Origin: a virus
Lineage: Duplodnaviria; Caudoviricetes
Direction: 5' to 3' (one strand)
Virus record (IMG/VR): IMGVR_UViG_3300020235_001162
Location: 1-58,254 of that record
Length of the DNA stretch: 58,254 nucleotides
Part shown: one piece after another, positions 1 to 9,436 of the stretch
Layout: every line of letters begins with the position of its first letter
How positions within the stretch are numbered: the stretch's first letter is position 1
The notes under the pieces: model-generated
Told to the model about the DNA's origin: nothing
Seen by the model: the letters and a program-made list of their open reading frames with translations, nothing else
Database searches by the model: none
Made by a program: the position numbers and the translations under genes

Positions 1-153
1 ATGAAATACCTCACCATCACCTACGAGGTCAAGGTCCAGCACATTGAGGAAAAGGATGCCACTGCCCTCGGTGAGCTGATAAGTGACCACATCCTTCAGG
101 ACTTCGACGAAGCCGAGGTGGATCTGAAGGAGACAGCAAGGACGCAAGAATGA
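1..153 (+). CDS. small acidic hypothetical protein (50 aa)
   Basis: ATG at 1 to TGA at 151-153 (MKYLTITYEVKV...); ATGA overlap with the next gene. Confidence 0.6.
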   Translation: MKYLTITYEVKVQHIEEKDATALGELISDHILQDFDEAEVDLKETARTQE

Positions 154-611
154 AAGTCAAGCCTCTGACCCGCCGCCAGACCGATGTGTTTCGCGTCTAC
201 GAGAGGGAGGGGAAGGCTGGCAACTGGCCTACCCTCTCGTCGGTCGCCCGTGAGCTGGAGATCAGCAAGCCTACCACGGTGGAGCTGATTTCCCGGATGG
301 TCGATAAGGGCTACCTCATCCGGGTCGGTGAGGGCCGGGCGGTCAGGTATCGCGTCCCAAGCCTCTGTCCGACCTGTGGGGCCGAGGGATCGAGTCCGGA
401 GCGGATAGAGGCCATCCGGCGAGAGATCGCTGTACGGCTCCACACGGCCCTCAGGAAGGACGTGGACGGCCCTGAAGCGGCGACGGCGTGGCAGGCCATA
501 AACCGCATGTCGAATTCAGACTGGGCTGCTGTGACCCGTGCGGCGGCTGTGGGTGCCTTTGAGCTGTTCATTGAGGGAGCGAAGGAATCCCTCAACGGCG
601 GCAAGACCTGA
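150..611 (+). CDS. LexA-like N-terminal winged-HTH transcriptional regulator with CxxC; no peptidase domain
   Basis: LTRRQTDVF...WPTLSSVARELEISKPTTVELISRMVDKGYLIR matches the LexA DNA-binding domain pattern; AAGGA RBS. Confidence 0.8.
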   Translation: MKVKPLTRRQTDVFRVYEREGKAGNWPTLSSVARELEISKPTTVELISRMVDKGYLIRVGEGRAVRYRVPSLCPTCGAEGSSPERIEAIRREIAVRLHTALRKDVDGPEAATAWQAINRMSNSDWAAVTRAAAVGAFELFIEGAKESLNGGKT

Positions 612-612
612 T

Positions 613-1041
613 TCAGCCGATGATGATCGGGTAGGACCGGGTGCTGGAAGCTGGGGGACTGACCAGCGTCGGCGTCGGTGACAGGTCGTAAACAATCTGC
701 GTGAAGTCCGCCTCCACGATCGGGCTCATCGCCACGTCCATATCGTCCACCGCCAGCAGGTTGCCGCCCTTGATGTCGATCCGCGTGAAGCCGATGTGCC
801 CATTGAACAGTATCTTTGCGTTGAGCAATGTGCAGGTGATCCCAACCCGCAGGCTAGATGTCAGCACCTCCTTGCCGGTGGCTCTGACGATCTGAAGGTA
901 CACAAGGTTGACAGGATCATCTTCGTGGGAACGCAGCGTGTCGAAGAGGTCTTGGACCGTGATCTCCACCGATGGGAATGGGACGGTGATGATGCGGGGG
1001 CTGAGCAGCCATTCGATCGAGATGTCCGTCCTGAAGCTCAC
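613..1041 (-). CDS. virion-associated hypothetical protein, paralog of 1038..1427
   Basis: GTG start overlaps the upstream TGA (GTGA); SPRIITVPFPSVEITVQDLFDTLRSHEDD aligns with the neighbour. Confidence 0.75.
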   Translation of the reverse strand: MSFRTDISIEWLLSPRIITVPFPSVEITVQDLFDTLRSHEDDPVNLVYLQIVRATGKEVLTSSLRVGITCTLLNAKILFNGHIGFTRIDIKGGNLLAVDDMDVAMSPIVEADFTQIVYDLSPTPTLVSPPASSTRSYPIIIG

Positions 1042-1427
1042 GCGATCACACTGGAGGATGCGGTCGTCCTCACCACCTGAGTGAACGCGGTTTGGAGGAT
1101 GGATTCGATGGGGTCGCCGTTGCTGTCTACAGATACGAGGTTGCCGCCGTCGATCAAACACTGGATGTAGGCGGGTCCACCTCTGGCCTCAAACGTCACG
1201 GCGGCGTCCAGCAGGGTGATGGTGATCTCGACAGCAAGGCCGCCGCCAAGGTCATCCTTGCCAGCGGCATCGACGATCTTCTTCTGCTCCATGTTGATCA
1301 GGTCGTCCTCCCACTCACGCAGGGTGTCGAGGAGATCCTGAACAGTCAGGGCGACTGAGGGTGCGGCGACCTCGATGGTTCTCGGCGAAGTTGTTGTATC
1401 GACCGTGATGTCATTTCGAGCGGGCAT
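1038..1427 (-). CDS. virion-associated hypothetical protein
   Basis: 129-aa ORF in the late operon, SPRTIEVAAPSVALTVQDLLDTLREWEDD. Confidence 0.8.
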   Translation of the reverse strand: MPARNDITVDTTTSPRTIEVAAPSVALTVQDLLDTLREWEDDLINMEQKKIVDAAGKDDLGGGLAVEITITLLDAAVTFEARGGPAYIQCLIDGGNLVSVDSNGDPIESILQTAFTQVVRTTASSSVIA

Positions 1428-1608
1428 GCTTCGCTTCGATCACCGAGATCATGTGGTGCAACTGCTTTTTGGTCACCTCCTCATTGGCGATGGCCGTCTC
1501 AAACGTGGCGATGTTGGTGTCGCATCGCACGATATTGTTACGAAGAGCATCCAAGTCGTACTCGATGGTCCGCTGGCCCGCAGGCGGGTGCAGTGGTGGG
1601 TCACTCAT
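1411..1608 (-). CDS. small coiled-coil hypothetical protein
   Basis: 65-aa ORF coupled to neighbours, heptad-like pattern. Confidence 0.7.
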   Translation of the reverse strand: MSDPPLHPPAGQRTIEYDLDALRNNIVRCDTNIATFETAIANEEVTKKQLHHMISVIEAKHARSK

Positions 1609-4013
1609 ACGAAGATGGTATCGGGCGTTCTGATCGCCGTGATCGTCAGCCCGCCGGTTCCGATCGTGCCATCCACTTCGAACGGCAGGATGACACCGGC
1701 CTGACGCACGCGGCCACGCACCTCGATGTCCGAGAGGTAGGTCAGAATCGCTTCCTCGGTGCCCGGTGACCCGTCCGTACCGGTGTCTTCCTCGATGTCG
1801 ATGAGCGGGACGTAGACGTTGTCGGAGGTGTCCACGGTGATCGGGAGGGCGTTGATGTGGTAGGTGTCACCGGAGACTTGACCAGTGATCGCCTTGACCA
1901 GCGTGCAGGTCGTATCCGAGTCTACCGTCAGGACATGGGCCTCACCGCTGCGAGTCTGGTTGACGATGAGGTCGCCCGGCTTCAGGTCGGCGGTGAAGTT
2001 GCCAGCCGCGTCGGTGATGGTCGTCTCGGTCGTGCCGCCGTCTGTCGTCTTGGACAGCACACCGTCGAGCGTGAAGATCGTGGTGGCGAACGAGGCAAAC
2101 CGCATCCGCCACTCTTCCTGCTCGCCGTCACCGACCAACCGCACCACACCGGAAGACGGCGTGTCGGCTGTGATCGTGGAACCCACGTTGAGCGTGAGCG
2201 TGAACTGGGTCGAGGCGGCAGCGGTGTACTCGGCCTTGTCGATGATCCCGCCAGCAGTGGTCAGACGGAACATCGCCACGGCATCGAACTCCCTCAGGTT
2301 CGCCATGATGGCGGTCACCTTCACTGGGGCCTGCACGGGGAAGCCCGTGTCGTCAGTGAGCCGGTAGTTGTTGGCGTCGGCACCGGGCACGTTGATCAAG
2401 GCCACACCGGGGGCACAGAACCAGATGCCACCAGCGAACGTGCCATATGGAGCCACCTTGATCGGTGTGATGACCACAAGGTTGGTGAGCGGCTGGACGT
2501 ACCGGTTGGAGCCGTCGAACTCGACGTTCTGGTTGGTCACGAACACTCCGCGAGTGCTACGCAGGATCACTTGGTCGGTGGTGGAGTTCTCCGCGACCAC
2601 GACTCCAGTCGCACCAGACGACACCTGCGTTACCACCTGCCCCTCGGTCACGTCGCCGACCTCGGAGTCGAAGTTGAACCTCAGCTCGGAGCCGATGTAG
2701 AACTGGCCCTCCTGCCCGTCTGTGTCGCCCGTCGAAACTCCGCCACGACGGGTGATGTACTTCGACCACTCGTAGACATCTGCCAGCAGCTCGGCTGAGC
2801 AGTCGATCACGATGGAGTAGTCCTCGGTGACGGTGTCCTCGTCGATGTCCAAAGTCTCGTCTGAGCTATGCACGATGGCCGTACCGGCCAGCACTGCTGG
2901 CCCGATGTCCGCCGGGGCCGCAGCGGTGCAGGTCGCACCGGAGTCTGCCCCGGTGAGGCCACCTGTGGCTCCTGTGAAGTCGTTGAGCGGATCGCCGATC
3001 AGGTAGTAGCTCAGGATGGGGTCGGACACCGTGCCGCCTACGGCGGTCAGGACGCCTTGGATGGTTTCGTCGGTGTCGTCCTCGATCACCTCGCCCACAG
3101 TGAACGTGCCAGAGCCGGACGACCCGGTGAACTGCCGGTAGCCGGTGGTGTTGTTCAGGTCCGTACCGGTAGCCAGCGGGATCGGGTTACGACCGCCCGA
3201 ACTGGCATCCACGATGAAGTGGTCGTAGGTGGCCGTGTACCGCCGTGCGAACACCTCGATGAACCCCTCGTCGATGAGGGCTCCCATCTCTTGCACCAGC
3301 ACCAAGAAGTCGATCTGCCCGTCAACCCACCAGTCGGTCACAGACTTGTAGGCGGTGAGCAGTAGGTCATTCTGGCTGACGTAGAGGTGGGTGTTGGAGG
3401 CGATGGTGCCGATGGAGAAGATGTTGGCCCACGTCTGCTCGCCGCTGATCGCGGCCCCGTTGTCTTGGTTGCCAGTAGCAGAACTGCCCGTGACCGTCCA
3501 CGCACCATCTGGGGTCGTGTCGTCGAAGCTGTTGGCAGCAGCGTCGGTGTCGGGCCGGATCCACAACTCCAGCGTCACAACGTTGAAGTCGAGAATCGTC
3601 CCGCTGTCGCCATCGACTGTCATCACGATGGTCCTGCCCTTGTCGGGCGGGGAGAGGGCAACGCCAGCCGTGTAGTCCATCTTGATGATGCCGGTGTTGG
3701 TGCCCTCGGCTCGCAGCCAGCTTGCCGTTGAGATCGCACCTCCAGTCAGATGCTCCACTGAGGTCAAGTCGATGAACCATGGGTCGTCGTCGCCAGCGTC
3801 GATGATGCCGATGGTGTACTCGGTTGGCGTCTGGGCCGACATCGGAGTCCCGTCGTCCATCTGTGCCAGCTCGTCGAAGAGATCCTGCAATGCCGAGTAC
3901 AGCTCGTTGACCGAGCGGGTGCCGGTGGCAGATCCTGTCCACTCAAGACGCTTCTGCCGATTGTCGGCTTCGTAATAAACGGTGAAGTCACCGCTCAGGA
4001 TGGTGTCGCTCAT
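1605..4013 (-). CDS. large acidic beta-rich virion/tail accessory protein
   Basis: 802 aa, T/G/D-rich, repeated GTFTVGEVI / GDVTEGQVVTQ-type beta modules. Confidence 0.7.
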   Translation of the reverse strand: MSDTILSGDFTVYYEADNRQKRLEWTGSATGTRSVNELYSALQDLFDELAQMDDGTPMSAQTPTEYTIGIIDAGDDDPWFIDLTSVEHLTGGAISTASWLRAEGTNTGIIKMDYTAGVALSPPDKGRTIVMTVDGDSGTILDFNVVTLELWIRPDTDAAANSFDDTTPDGAWTVTGSSATGNQDNGAAISGEQTWANIFSIGTIASNTHLYVSQNDLLLTAYKSVTDWWVDGQIDFLVLVQEMGALIDEGFIEVFARRYTATYDHFIVDASSGGRNPIPLATGTDLNNTTGYRQFTGSSGSGTFTVGEVIEDDTDETIQGVLTAVGGTVSDPILSYYLIGDPLNDFTGATGGLTGADSGATCTAAAPADIGPAVLAGTAIVHSSDETLDIDEDTVTEDYSIVIDCSAELLADVYEWSKYITRRGGVSTGDTDGQEGQFYIGSELRFNFDSEVGDVTEGQVVTQVSSGATGVVVAENSTTDQVILRSTRGVFVTNQNVEFDGSNRYVQPLTNLVVITPIKVAPYGTFAGGIWFCAPGVALINVPGADANNYRLTDDTGFPVQAPVKVTAIMANLREFDAVAMFRLTTAGGIIDKAEYTAAASTQFTLTLNVGSTITADTPSSGVVRLVGDGEQEEWRMRFASFATTIFTLDGVLSKTTDGGTTETTITDAAGNFTADLKPGDLIVNQTRSGEAHVLTVDSDTTCTLVKAITGQVSGDTYHINALPITVDTSDNVYVPLIDIEEDTGTDGSPGTEEAILTYLSDIEVRGRVRQAGVILPFEVDGTIGTGGLTITAIRTPDTIFV

Positions 4014-4022
4014 GTCGTACTC

Positions 4023-5660
4023 CTAGAGGTCTACGTTGTCGTCCTCTGCCATGACCACTGTAACGTCCAGACCGGTCGAGGTGATAGTAGCGGTCGTGCT
4101 GTTGGGGATGTACCTCTGGCCGGTTGAAGACTTTCGGACCCGGATGTACACCGCCACGTCTGAGCCGGGATAGGCAAATGTCTGAGTGGCATCCCCTGTG
4201 CCACCGTCACTGTCCTCATTCATCAGCTCGGTGTCGTCGGATGCGTCGTAGATCGCACACTGGGCAGCACCCAGTATGGTTCCATCCTGCTGTCTGACCC
4301 TGATGATCAAGCCGACAGTAATATTCAAGACCGTGGTGGACCCACCTGTGTTACGAACGGTCGGAGCCGTGTCTCCACCAGCACCAATGTTCAGCGTGAT
4401 GAGCCCGCCGCTGCTGTTGTGGATCGCGGCGTCGGTGCTTTCGTCAGCACCGTACCCGGTGAATTTGTTGCCGTCGAAGTCGTAGGTGCCGGTCGTGTCC
4501 ATCTCGATGGCGTGGCCGTTGCTGAACTCCCAAGTGGAATCGAAGACGCGGGTGGGGTCATCACTGAGTACGTTGGCGTTGCCGTCGCCAATCTGGGTGT
4601 TGTCGAACTGGCAACCGGAGATGATGCCGCCGTTCTGAACCACCTGACCGCCTCTGGACATGACGCACCTGTCGATTGTGCATCCGTCTGACATCAAGAA
4701 CTGCCGCCACTCTCGGAACGCACACAGTGTGAAAGTGCAGCTTGCCCCAGAGCCAGCAGGTCCGATGATGTCGTAGTCTGGCCGGGTATCCGCCGTGCCG
4801 CTCTTGGTGCCACGACCGATGAACGTGACGCCCAGACAGGTGAAGACCGAGTTCGCCTGTCGAGTGTCAACGTCGAGCCCGCACCAGCCAGCACCGCAAC
4901 GCCCATCCACGAACACGACGACCTTGCCGGTATCGGTGAAGTCTGTCTCGACCAAGTTGTCACCGACTGTGAGGACGCCGATCACATAGAAGATTCCATC
5001 AATGGTGCGAATGATCCCCCAACGATTACCCGCCGTGCCCTCATCAGCGTCAGCAAACTTCTGGAAGCTGCCACGGCTGGCGGGAGCTTGACCATCGCCG
5101 CGTGTAAGTGTGAGCCCGGTGCCGCTATCGAAGATGTCGATGGCGTCCATCATCACGTTCTCTGACTTGGACGTGGCAGAGAAGTCGCACGACACGGCCC
5201 AGTAGTCGATGTTGTTCAGGTCGGGGGTGCCCAGTGTGAAGTCGCGGTAGCCTGCGATGTTCGGGTCAATGGGGATGAACACCCAGCCCCCGGCAAGCGG
5301 GTAGGTGTCGTTGCCGTGGACGTAGTACCGATACTGGTGGTTGAGGTTGGCCGATCCAATGTAGAGGATCATGCCAGTCGTACCCTTGGGGTTGAGGGCC
5401 TGATAGTTCGTGGCGTTGACCTTCGCCAGCCATATCTGGTCGGGGCTGCTCATGTCGTGGGTGCCGGTCGAGTTGTCCATCTCGACGCCAGCGGCAGTCG
5501 TGCCAACTTTGTTGCTGAGAGAAGCGACTCCCTGATAAAAGAAGTCGGGCTCAACCGATGGAGCTTGGACTGCCTGCCATTTGTCCCACGTCCCGCCGTC
5601 CGTCGTGTTCTCGGCGGCGGATACTCGCGTCCCGTCGAATGCGATTACGGGAACAGCCAT
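4023..5660 (-). CDS. virion/tail accessory protein, probable beta-helix region
   Basis: 545 aa; CTF/IDRCVM/ISGCQF/FDGNKFTGY parallel beta-helix-like repeats. Confidence 0.65.
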   Translation of the reverse strand: MAVPVIAFDGTRVSAAENTTDGGTWDKWQAVQAPSVEPDFFYQGVASLSNKVGTTAAGVEMDNSTGTHDMSSPDQIWLAKVNATNYQALNPKGTTGMILYIGSANLNHQYRYYVHGNDTYPLAGGWVFIPIDPNIAGYRDFTLGTPDLNNIDYWAVSCDFSATSKSENVMMDAIDIFDSGTGLTLTRGDGQAPASRGSFQKFADADEGTAGNRWGIIRTIDGIFYVIGVLTVGDNLVETDFTDTGKVVVFVDGRCGAGWCGLDVDTRQANSVFTCLGVTFIGRGTKSGTADTRPDYDIIGPAGSGASCTFTLCAFREWRQFLMSDGCTIDRCVMSRGGQVVQNGGIISGCQFDNTQIGDGNANVLSDDPTRVFDSTWEFSNGHAIEMDTTGTYDFDGNKFTGYGADESTDAAIHNSSGGLITLNIGAGGDTAPTVRNTGGSTTVLNITVGLIIRVRQQDGTILGAAQCAIYDASDDTELMNEDSDGGTGDATQTFAYPGSDVAVYIRVRKSSTGQRYIPNSTTATITSTGLDVTVVMAEDDNVDL

Positions 5661-5888
5661 CTAAGGTTCCAAGACCCACTGCTGGGAGGACTCTCCACGG
5701 GTTGCAATGAGAACCGGAGCCGTTGGCGGTCCTGATGTACTCACATCCCAGAGTTCCCACTTGTCCTGCGGAGCAAAGTACCTGAAGAACCTTCTGGTGA
5801 CAGGTATTGGAGGAGGCCCCGCAGCAGCAAAGATTTCTCCTGACGTGATCATGTCAACGGTCGAAATGCCTTGACGTAATTCCGGCAT
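5661..5888 (-). CDS. hypothetical protein
   Basis: TGATG coupling with the upstream gene; 75 aa. Confidence 0.6.
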   Translation of the reverse strand: MPELRQGISTVDMITSGEIFAAAGPPPIPVTRRFFRYFAPQDKWELWDVSTSGPPTAPVLIATRGESSQQWVLEP

Positions 5889-6961
5889 CAGGTTCTCGTC
5901 CCAATGAGGTAGACCGAACACCGTTGGATGCCACTGACCGAGTTGACGTGGAACTTCAGAACGTCACCGTCATTGACCGCTGTCGCCCAGCCACCCACGC
6001 CGCCCGAACCCTTGTCCGACGACACGATATCCGGTGGGCTGCCGCCAGTTATGGTGTCGGCCACGGTTGGCGGGAAGTTGGCGAATGTGTCCACCCAGAC
6101 ATCTATCTCGATGCTGCCTGACTGGTTGGCGATGATGAACCACCCAGTGATCGTGAATCCCTGCTCAACGCGGATCTCAAGCTCGGCTCCTACCGCGACC
6201 GCCACGCCCCCGCCGTCGAACCCCGCACCGTAGATGACCTCGGTGCCGGTGATCTTGGTGGGGATGTCTACCCCTGCCGATGACACCGTCAAGACTGGGG
6301 TGGTATCAATGATGGACTCGATCGTCTGACCAGCGGGGGCGGTCAGGTTCATCGGAGCTGCCGTCGAGAAGAAGTTGTTGGCGTACACGTCGCCGTCAAC
6401 CCTCAGGTCGGAACTTCGAATGTTGACAACCGGAGGTCCACCGCCGTCGTCGTTGGTGCCACCCTGAAGCCTGATGAGCCCACCTGCCTGTCCATCGCCT
6501 GATCTCGCGTTGGTGGCGAACAGGTCGATGTTGCCGCCGCCGGGTGACGAACCCGGACTCTGTGACCCACCCTTGATGAAGACAGTGCCGCCAGCACCTG
6601 TGTTGGAGTGACCGCCGTCAATCGAGATCGACGCTCCATCGGTGGCCGATGCGATGCCCGGTTGGATGATGATGTCAAGTGGGTTCGCCGCGTCGAACGT
6701 CCGAAGGACCATCGGGTCTGCTTCAAGGATCGAGAACCCGGAGTTCTTGAGCAGGTCGCCCGTGGCGGTGTCCCAAAGTGCGATCGCGTTGATGTCGGTT
6801 AGGGTGGGGCCGAGGACGGCACCACCGGGGCCGCCTGCCACGATGCTGGGCTGCATCGGGTGATCACCATCAAGAACGACAATGGAGTCCGAGTCGATGA
6901 TGCGGATACGGCTGACAGCCTGACGCACCTCACGGCGGACATCCTGAATACTGACTGTCAT
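5888..6961 (-). CDS. tail fibre/spike-like protein
   Basis: Gly-rich GGxVxIxGG repeats; C-terminal GWFIIANQSGSIEIDVW...FPPTVADTITG module typical of phage tail proteins. Confidence 0.65.
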   Translation of the reverse strand: MTVSIQDVRREVRQAVSRIRIIDSDSIVVLDGDHPMQPSIVAGGPGGAVLGPTLTDINAIALWDTATGDLLKNSGFSILEADPMVLRTFDAANPLDIIIQPGIASATDGASISIDGGHSNTGAGGTVFIKGGSQSPGSSPGGGNIDLFATNARSGDGQAGGLIRLQGGTNDDGGGPPVVNIRSSDLRVDGDVYANNFFSTAAPMNLTAPAGQTIESIIDTTPVLTVSSAGVDIPTKITGTEVIYGAGFDGGGVAVAVGAELEIRVEQGFTITGWFIIANQSGSIEIDVWVDTFANFPPTVADTITGGSPPDIVSSDKGSGGVGGWATAVNDGDVLKFHVNSVSGIQRCSVYLIGTRT

Positions 6962-6964
6962 GGG

Positions 6965-7042
6965 CTATTTGCGGGGCTGGGGCTTCTTGGGCTTCTTGGG
7001 CTTCTTCTTGGGCTTCTTTACCCCATGGCCGTGGAGTGCCAT
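6965..7042 (-). CDS. 25-aa Lys/Pro-rich basic peptide (MALHGHGVKKPKKKPKKPKKPQPRK)
   Basis: TAATG coupling to the upstream ORF, TAG stop; encoded by AAGAAGCCC repeats; below the ORF-track cutoff. Confidence 0.6.
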   Translation of the reverse strand: MALHGHGVKKPKKKPKKPKKPQPRK

Positions 7043-7233
7043 TAGCGTGTCCTCGCCTTTGGCATCTTGACAGGCTGTGGGCCGGGCGACACATTGGCGA
7101 TGCCGGGGGTGCCGGGTCCGGGCGGTCGCCGCCCCTCAGAGTGTGCAGGGATCACCGAATTCGGTTTCACCAGCGGAAAGTCGCGAGTGCGGAGGTCTTT
7201 GGGCCTCGGCCTGTTCGACGGGATCTTCGTCAT
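7042..7233 (-). CDS. small basic Pro-rich protein
   Basis: AAGGAG RBS; 63 aa. Confidence 0.7.
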   Translation of the reverse strand: MTKIPSNRPRPKDLRTRDFPLVKPNSVIPAHSEGRRPPGPGTPGIANVSPGPQPVKMPKARTR

Positions 7234-7245
7234 GATGCTCTCCTT

Positions 7246-7260
7246 GTCGCCATTGGCGAC
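7246..7260. repeat. 15-bp palindrome GTCGCCAWTGGCGAC, copy 1 (intergenic, abutting an RBS)
   Basis: exact match read from sequence. Confidence 0.95.
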
Positions 7261-7264
7261 TGGG

Positions 7265-7477
7265 TCATCCGCTCAGGGGTGAGTTGCCGCCGGTCTTGTT
7301 GGCCGTAGCCTTTGGGCCTGACTTGGCCGATCCCTTCGGCAGGCCGGGGTGGTCACCACTGCCCGGCAAGTTTGTCGGCGATGTTGGTGTGCGGGCGTTG
7401 GCCTTGAGGGCTGTGCCGGGCACTCCGAGGCCGGATCCTGAGGGTACGTTGGACATGTGAGTGCTGGGTGTTCCCAT
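7265..7477 (-). CDS. small Gly/Pro/Ser-rich basic protein
   Basis: AGGAG RBS before MGTPSTH; 70 aa. Confidence 0.7.
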   Translation of the reverse strand: MGTPSTHMSNVPSGSGLGVPGTALKANARTPTSPTNLPGSGDHPGLPKGSAKSGPKATANKTGGNSPLSG

Positions 7478-7481
7478 GGTG

Positions 7482-9068
7482 TCAACTCCTGACTCGTTCA
7501 AAGGTGTTCTTGCTGTTCTTGACTCGATTGAATGTGTCGGCTCGATTGATAATACCCCGATGTGGGCCTCTCGTGTTCTTGGCGTAAAGGTGGGGTTCTT
7601 CGATGAAGTGTAGGACGAGATCGGCCAGAGCGTCAATGCGATCGTTCGGCTTCGGTAGGCTGTCCCACCGCAGCTTCAGGAGCTGCCTGCGGTTCTCGGT
7701 GTCGCGTAGCACCTCAGGGTTGGCCGAGATCATCCTGTTGTTCACAGGCTGCTCCAGAGCCTCTGGGATCCTCACAACCTTGCGTCTGGTGGCCTTGTAC
7801 TCGGTGACCACGCACTTCACGTCTGCCCGCCGGATGTACCTTCGGCAGCTTGAGGATGCCGACTTGAGGTTGCCTTCCAGATAGACGTTGCGTACCCCGA
7901 ACTCCTCGGCGATCCCGAAGACCTTCCTCCATGTGGACTCGCCCAAGCTCTCTTTGGTGACCTGTCCGTCCTCGTCGAGGAAGTCGAAGGCCTCGCCCCA
8001 GAGCCCGCCCATGTGGCAGACGTGGATCTTGCCGTCCAGTAGACCGCCGATCGCGATCCCCCACTCACAGGCAGCCTCTGAGTCTGCCGGGTCCACGAAC
8101 ATCACCGGGTTGTTCGGCATCTTGAACGCAACCTCGATCTCCTTCAGTCGCAGCACAGGGCCAGCCTCGGCCATGTACTCGGTGTTGATCATGTACTGAA
8201 GCTCCCACCGGCTGGTGGGCATCGACCGCTTCACCTCGGCGACGTGCATGGGCCGCTTGTGCAGGTGGTGGTAGTACTTCTTCTCCATCATGTCCGGCCA
8301 CGTCCACTCGCCTGTGTACGGATCGATCACAGGGATCTTGAGGAACCGGGCGTCGATCAGTGGGTGGCCCTCGGCGTCGTCTTCGAAGTCCTCAGGGCGT
8401 GGCAGGTACGCCGTCATCGGACAGTGCGGCTGGCCGAGTACGAGAAGCTGGGTAGTCTCCGGGCCGGGGACGTGTTTCATCCCGAAGTGCCGGGCCTGCC
8501 GGTCAGGGGAGTGGAGGATGTCGCCAGCCTCGCCGAACGCCGCGAGGATCCGCGACCTCATCGACTCAGGCTCCACCTCTGGCTCAGGATCGTCGAAGAT
8601 GTACAGGTCGGCTCGCGAGCCCGTCATCGAGGTCTTGATCCCGGCAGCCACAATCGACAGGCCCTGCTCAGGCTGGATGCCTTGGAGGTTGAACTCAAAG
8701 TCCGAGGCCGAGTGAGCTGGACGCAGCTCCTCCATGAGAGGGTCCAGCTTCAACTCTTCCTTGATCGCTGCGACGAACCGCTTCGCCATCCCGTCGTTGG
8801 ACGAGTGGACGATCACCTGCATGTTGGGGTTGCGGAGCCACCGCCACTTCACATACTGCCGGGCCGCCAGCCACGTCTTGGCCGCGAGCCGGAATCCAAG
8901 GATGCAGGCCGCCCGCGTGTGCCACTCAGGGCGGGTGCCCTCAATGAAGTCCGCCATCGCGTAGTGAAACTCTGGTGGCGTGTGTGCCCGGACCTTGGCA
9001 CCGTGAAAGACCATCCGTCGAAGGCTCTCAGCGACCCACTGCTTGTAGTCCTTCTGCTCAGCGATCAT
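7482..9068 (-). CDS. terL: terminase large subunit (T7 gp19-like)
   Basis: Walker A variant GFRLAAKT, TGSRADLYIFDDPE Walker B, ELQYMIN, nuclease FVDPA and NDRIDALA; located after the tail fibre as in T7. Confidence 0.92.
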   Translation of the reverse strand: MIAEQKDYKQWVAESLRRMVFHGAKVRAHTPPEFHYAMADFIEGTRPEWHTRAACILGFRLAAKTWLAARQYVKWRWLRNPNMQVIVHSSNDGMAKRFVAAIKEELKLDPLMEELRPAHSASDFEFNLQGIQPEQGLSIVAAGIKTSMTGSRADLYIFDDPEPEVEPESMRSRILAAFGEAGDILHSPDRQARHFGMKHVPGPETTQLLVLGQPHCPMTAYLPRPEDFEDDAEGHPLIDARFLKIPVIDPYTGEWTWPDMMEKKYYHHLHKRPMHVAEVKRSMPTSRWELQYMINTEYMAEAGPVLRLKEIEVAFKMPNNPVMFVDPADSEAACEWGIAIGGLLDGKIHVCHMGGLWGEAFDFLDEDGQVTKESLGESTWRKVFGIAEEFGVRNVYLEGNLKSASSSCRRYIRRADVKCVVTEYKATRRKVVRIPEALEQPVNNRMISANPEVLRDTENRRQLLKLRWDSLPKPNDRIDALADLVLHFIEEPHLYAKNTRGPHRGIINRADTFNRVKNSKNTFERVRS

Positions 9069-9436
9069 GGGCCGATGTCGTCGTCCTTGGTCTTGCCGGA
9101 AATGGGCGTTTGCGATTCGGTCTGCTTGAGGATCGTGTTCAAGGTAACGGTCTTGCCTGCATCTCCGATCTTCTCGATGATCTCACCGGGCAGGAACGGA
9201 GTTCCAAAGCCACCGCCGGGACCGTTGACGATGAAGTCGATGAACATCCTGTCAGGGTCCGTGATGTAGCCTGCACAGACGCCAGTGGCTCTGGACGTAA
9301 GACCGATGACCCGTGTATCTCTTTCGGGGCCACGGCCAGCCGATGCGGTGTAGTCGAAGGAGAGCGACACGCTGCCCTCGGATGTCGGGTACCTGCTCTT
9401 GGTGACTATATGTGTTCCGCTGGGTCCGGTAGCCAT
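9065..9436 (-). CDS. hypothetical protein
   Basis: 123 aa, coupled on both sides. Confidence 0.7.
   Translation of the reverse strand: MATGPSGTHIVTKSRYPTSEGSVSLSFDYTASAGRGPERDTRVIGLTSRATGVCAGYITDPDRMFIDFIVNGPGGGFGTPFLPGEIIEKIGDAGKTVTLNTILKQTESQTPISGKTKDDDIGP

Noticed and set aside
613-1427. Diversity-generating retroelement TR/VR pair
   Set aside because: The paralogs differ throughout rather than only at adenines, and no reverse transcriptase is present.
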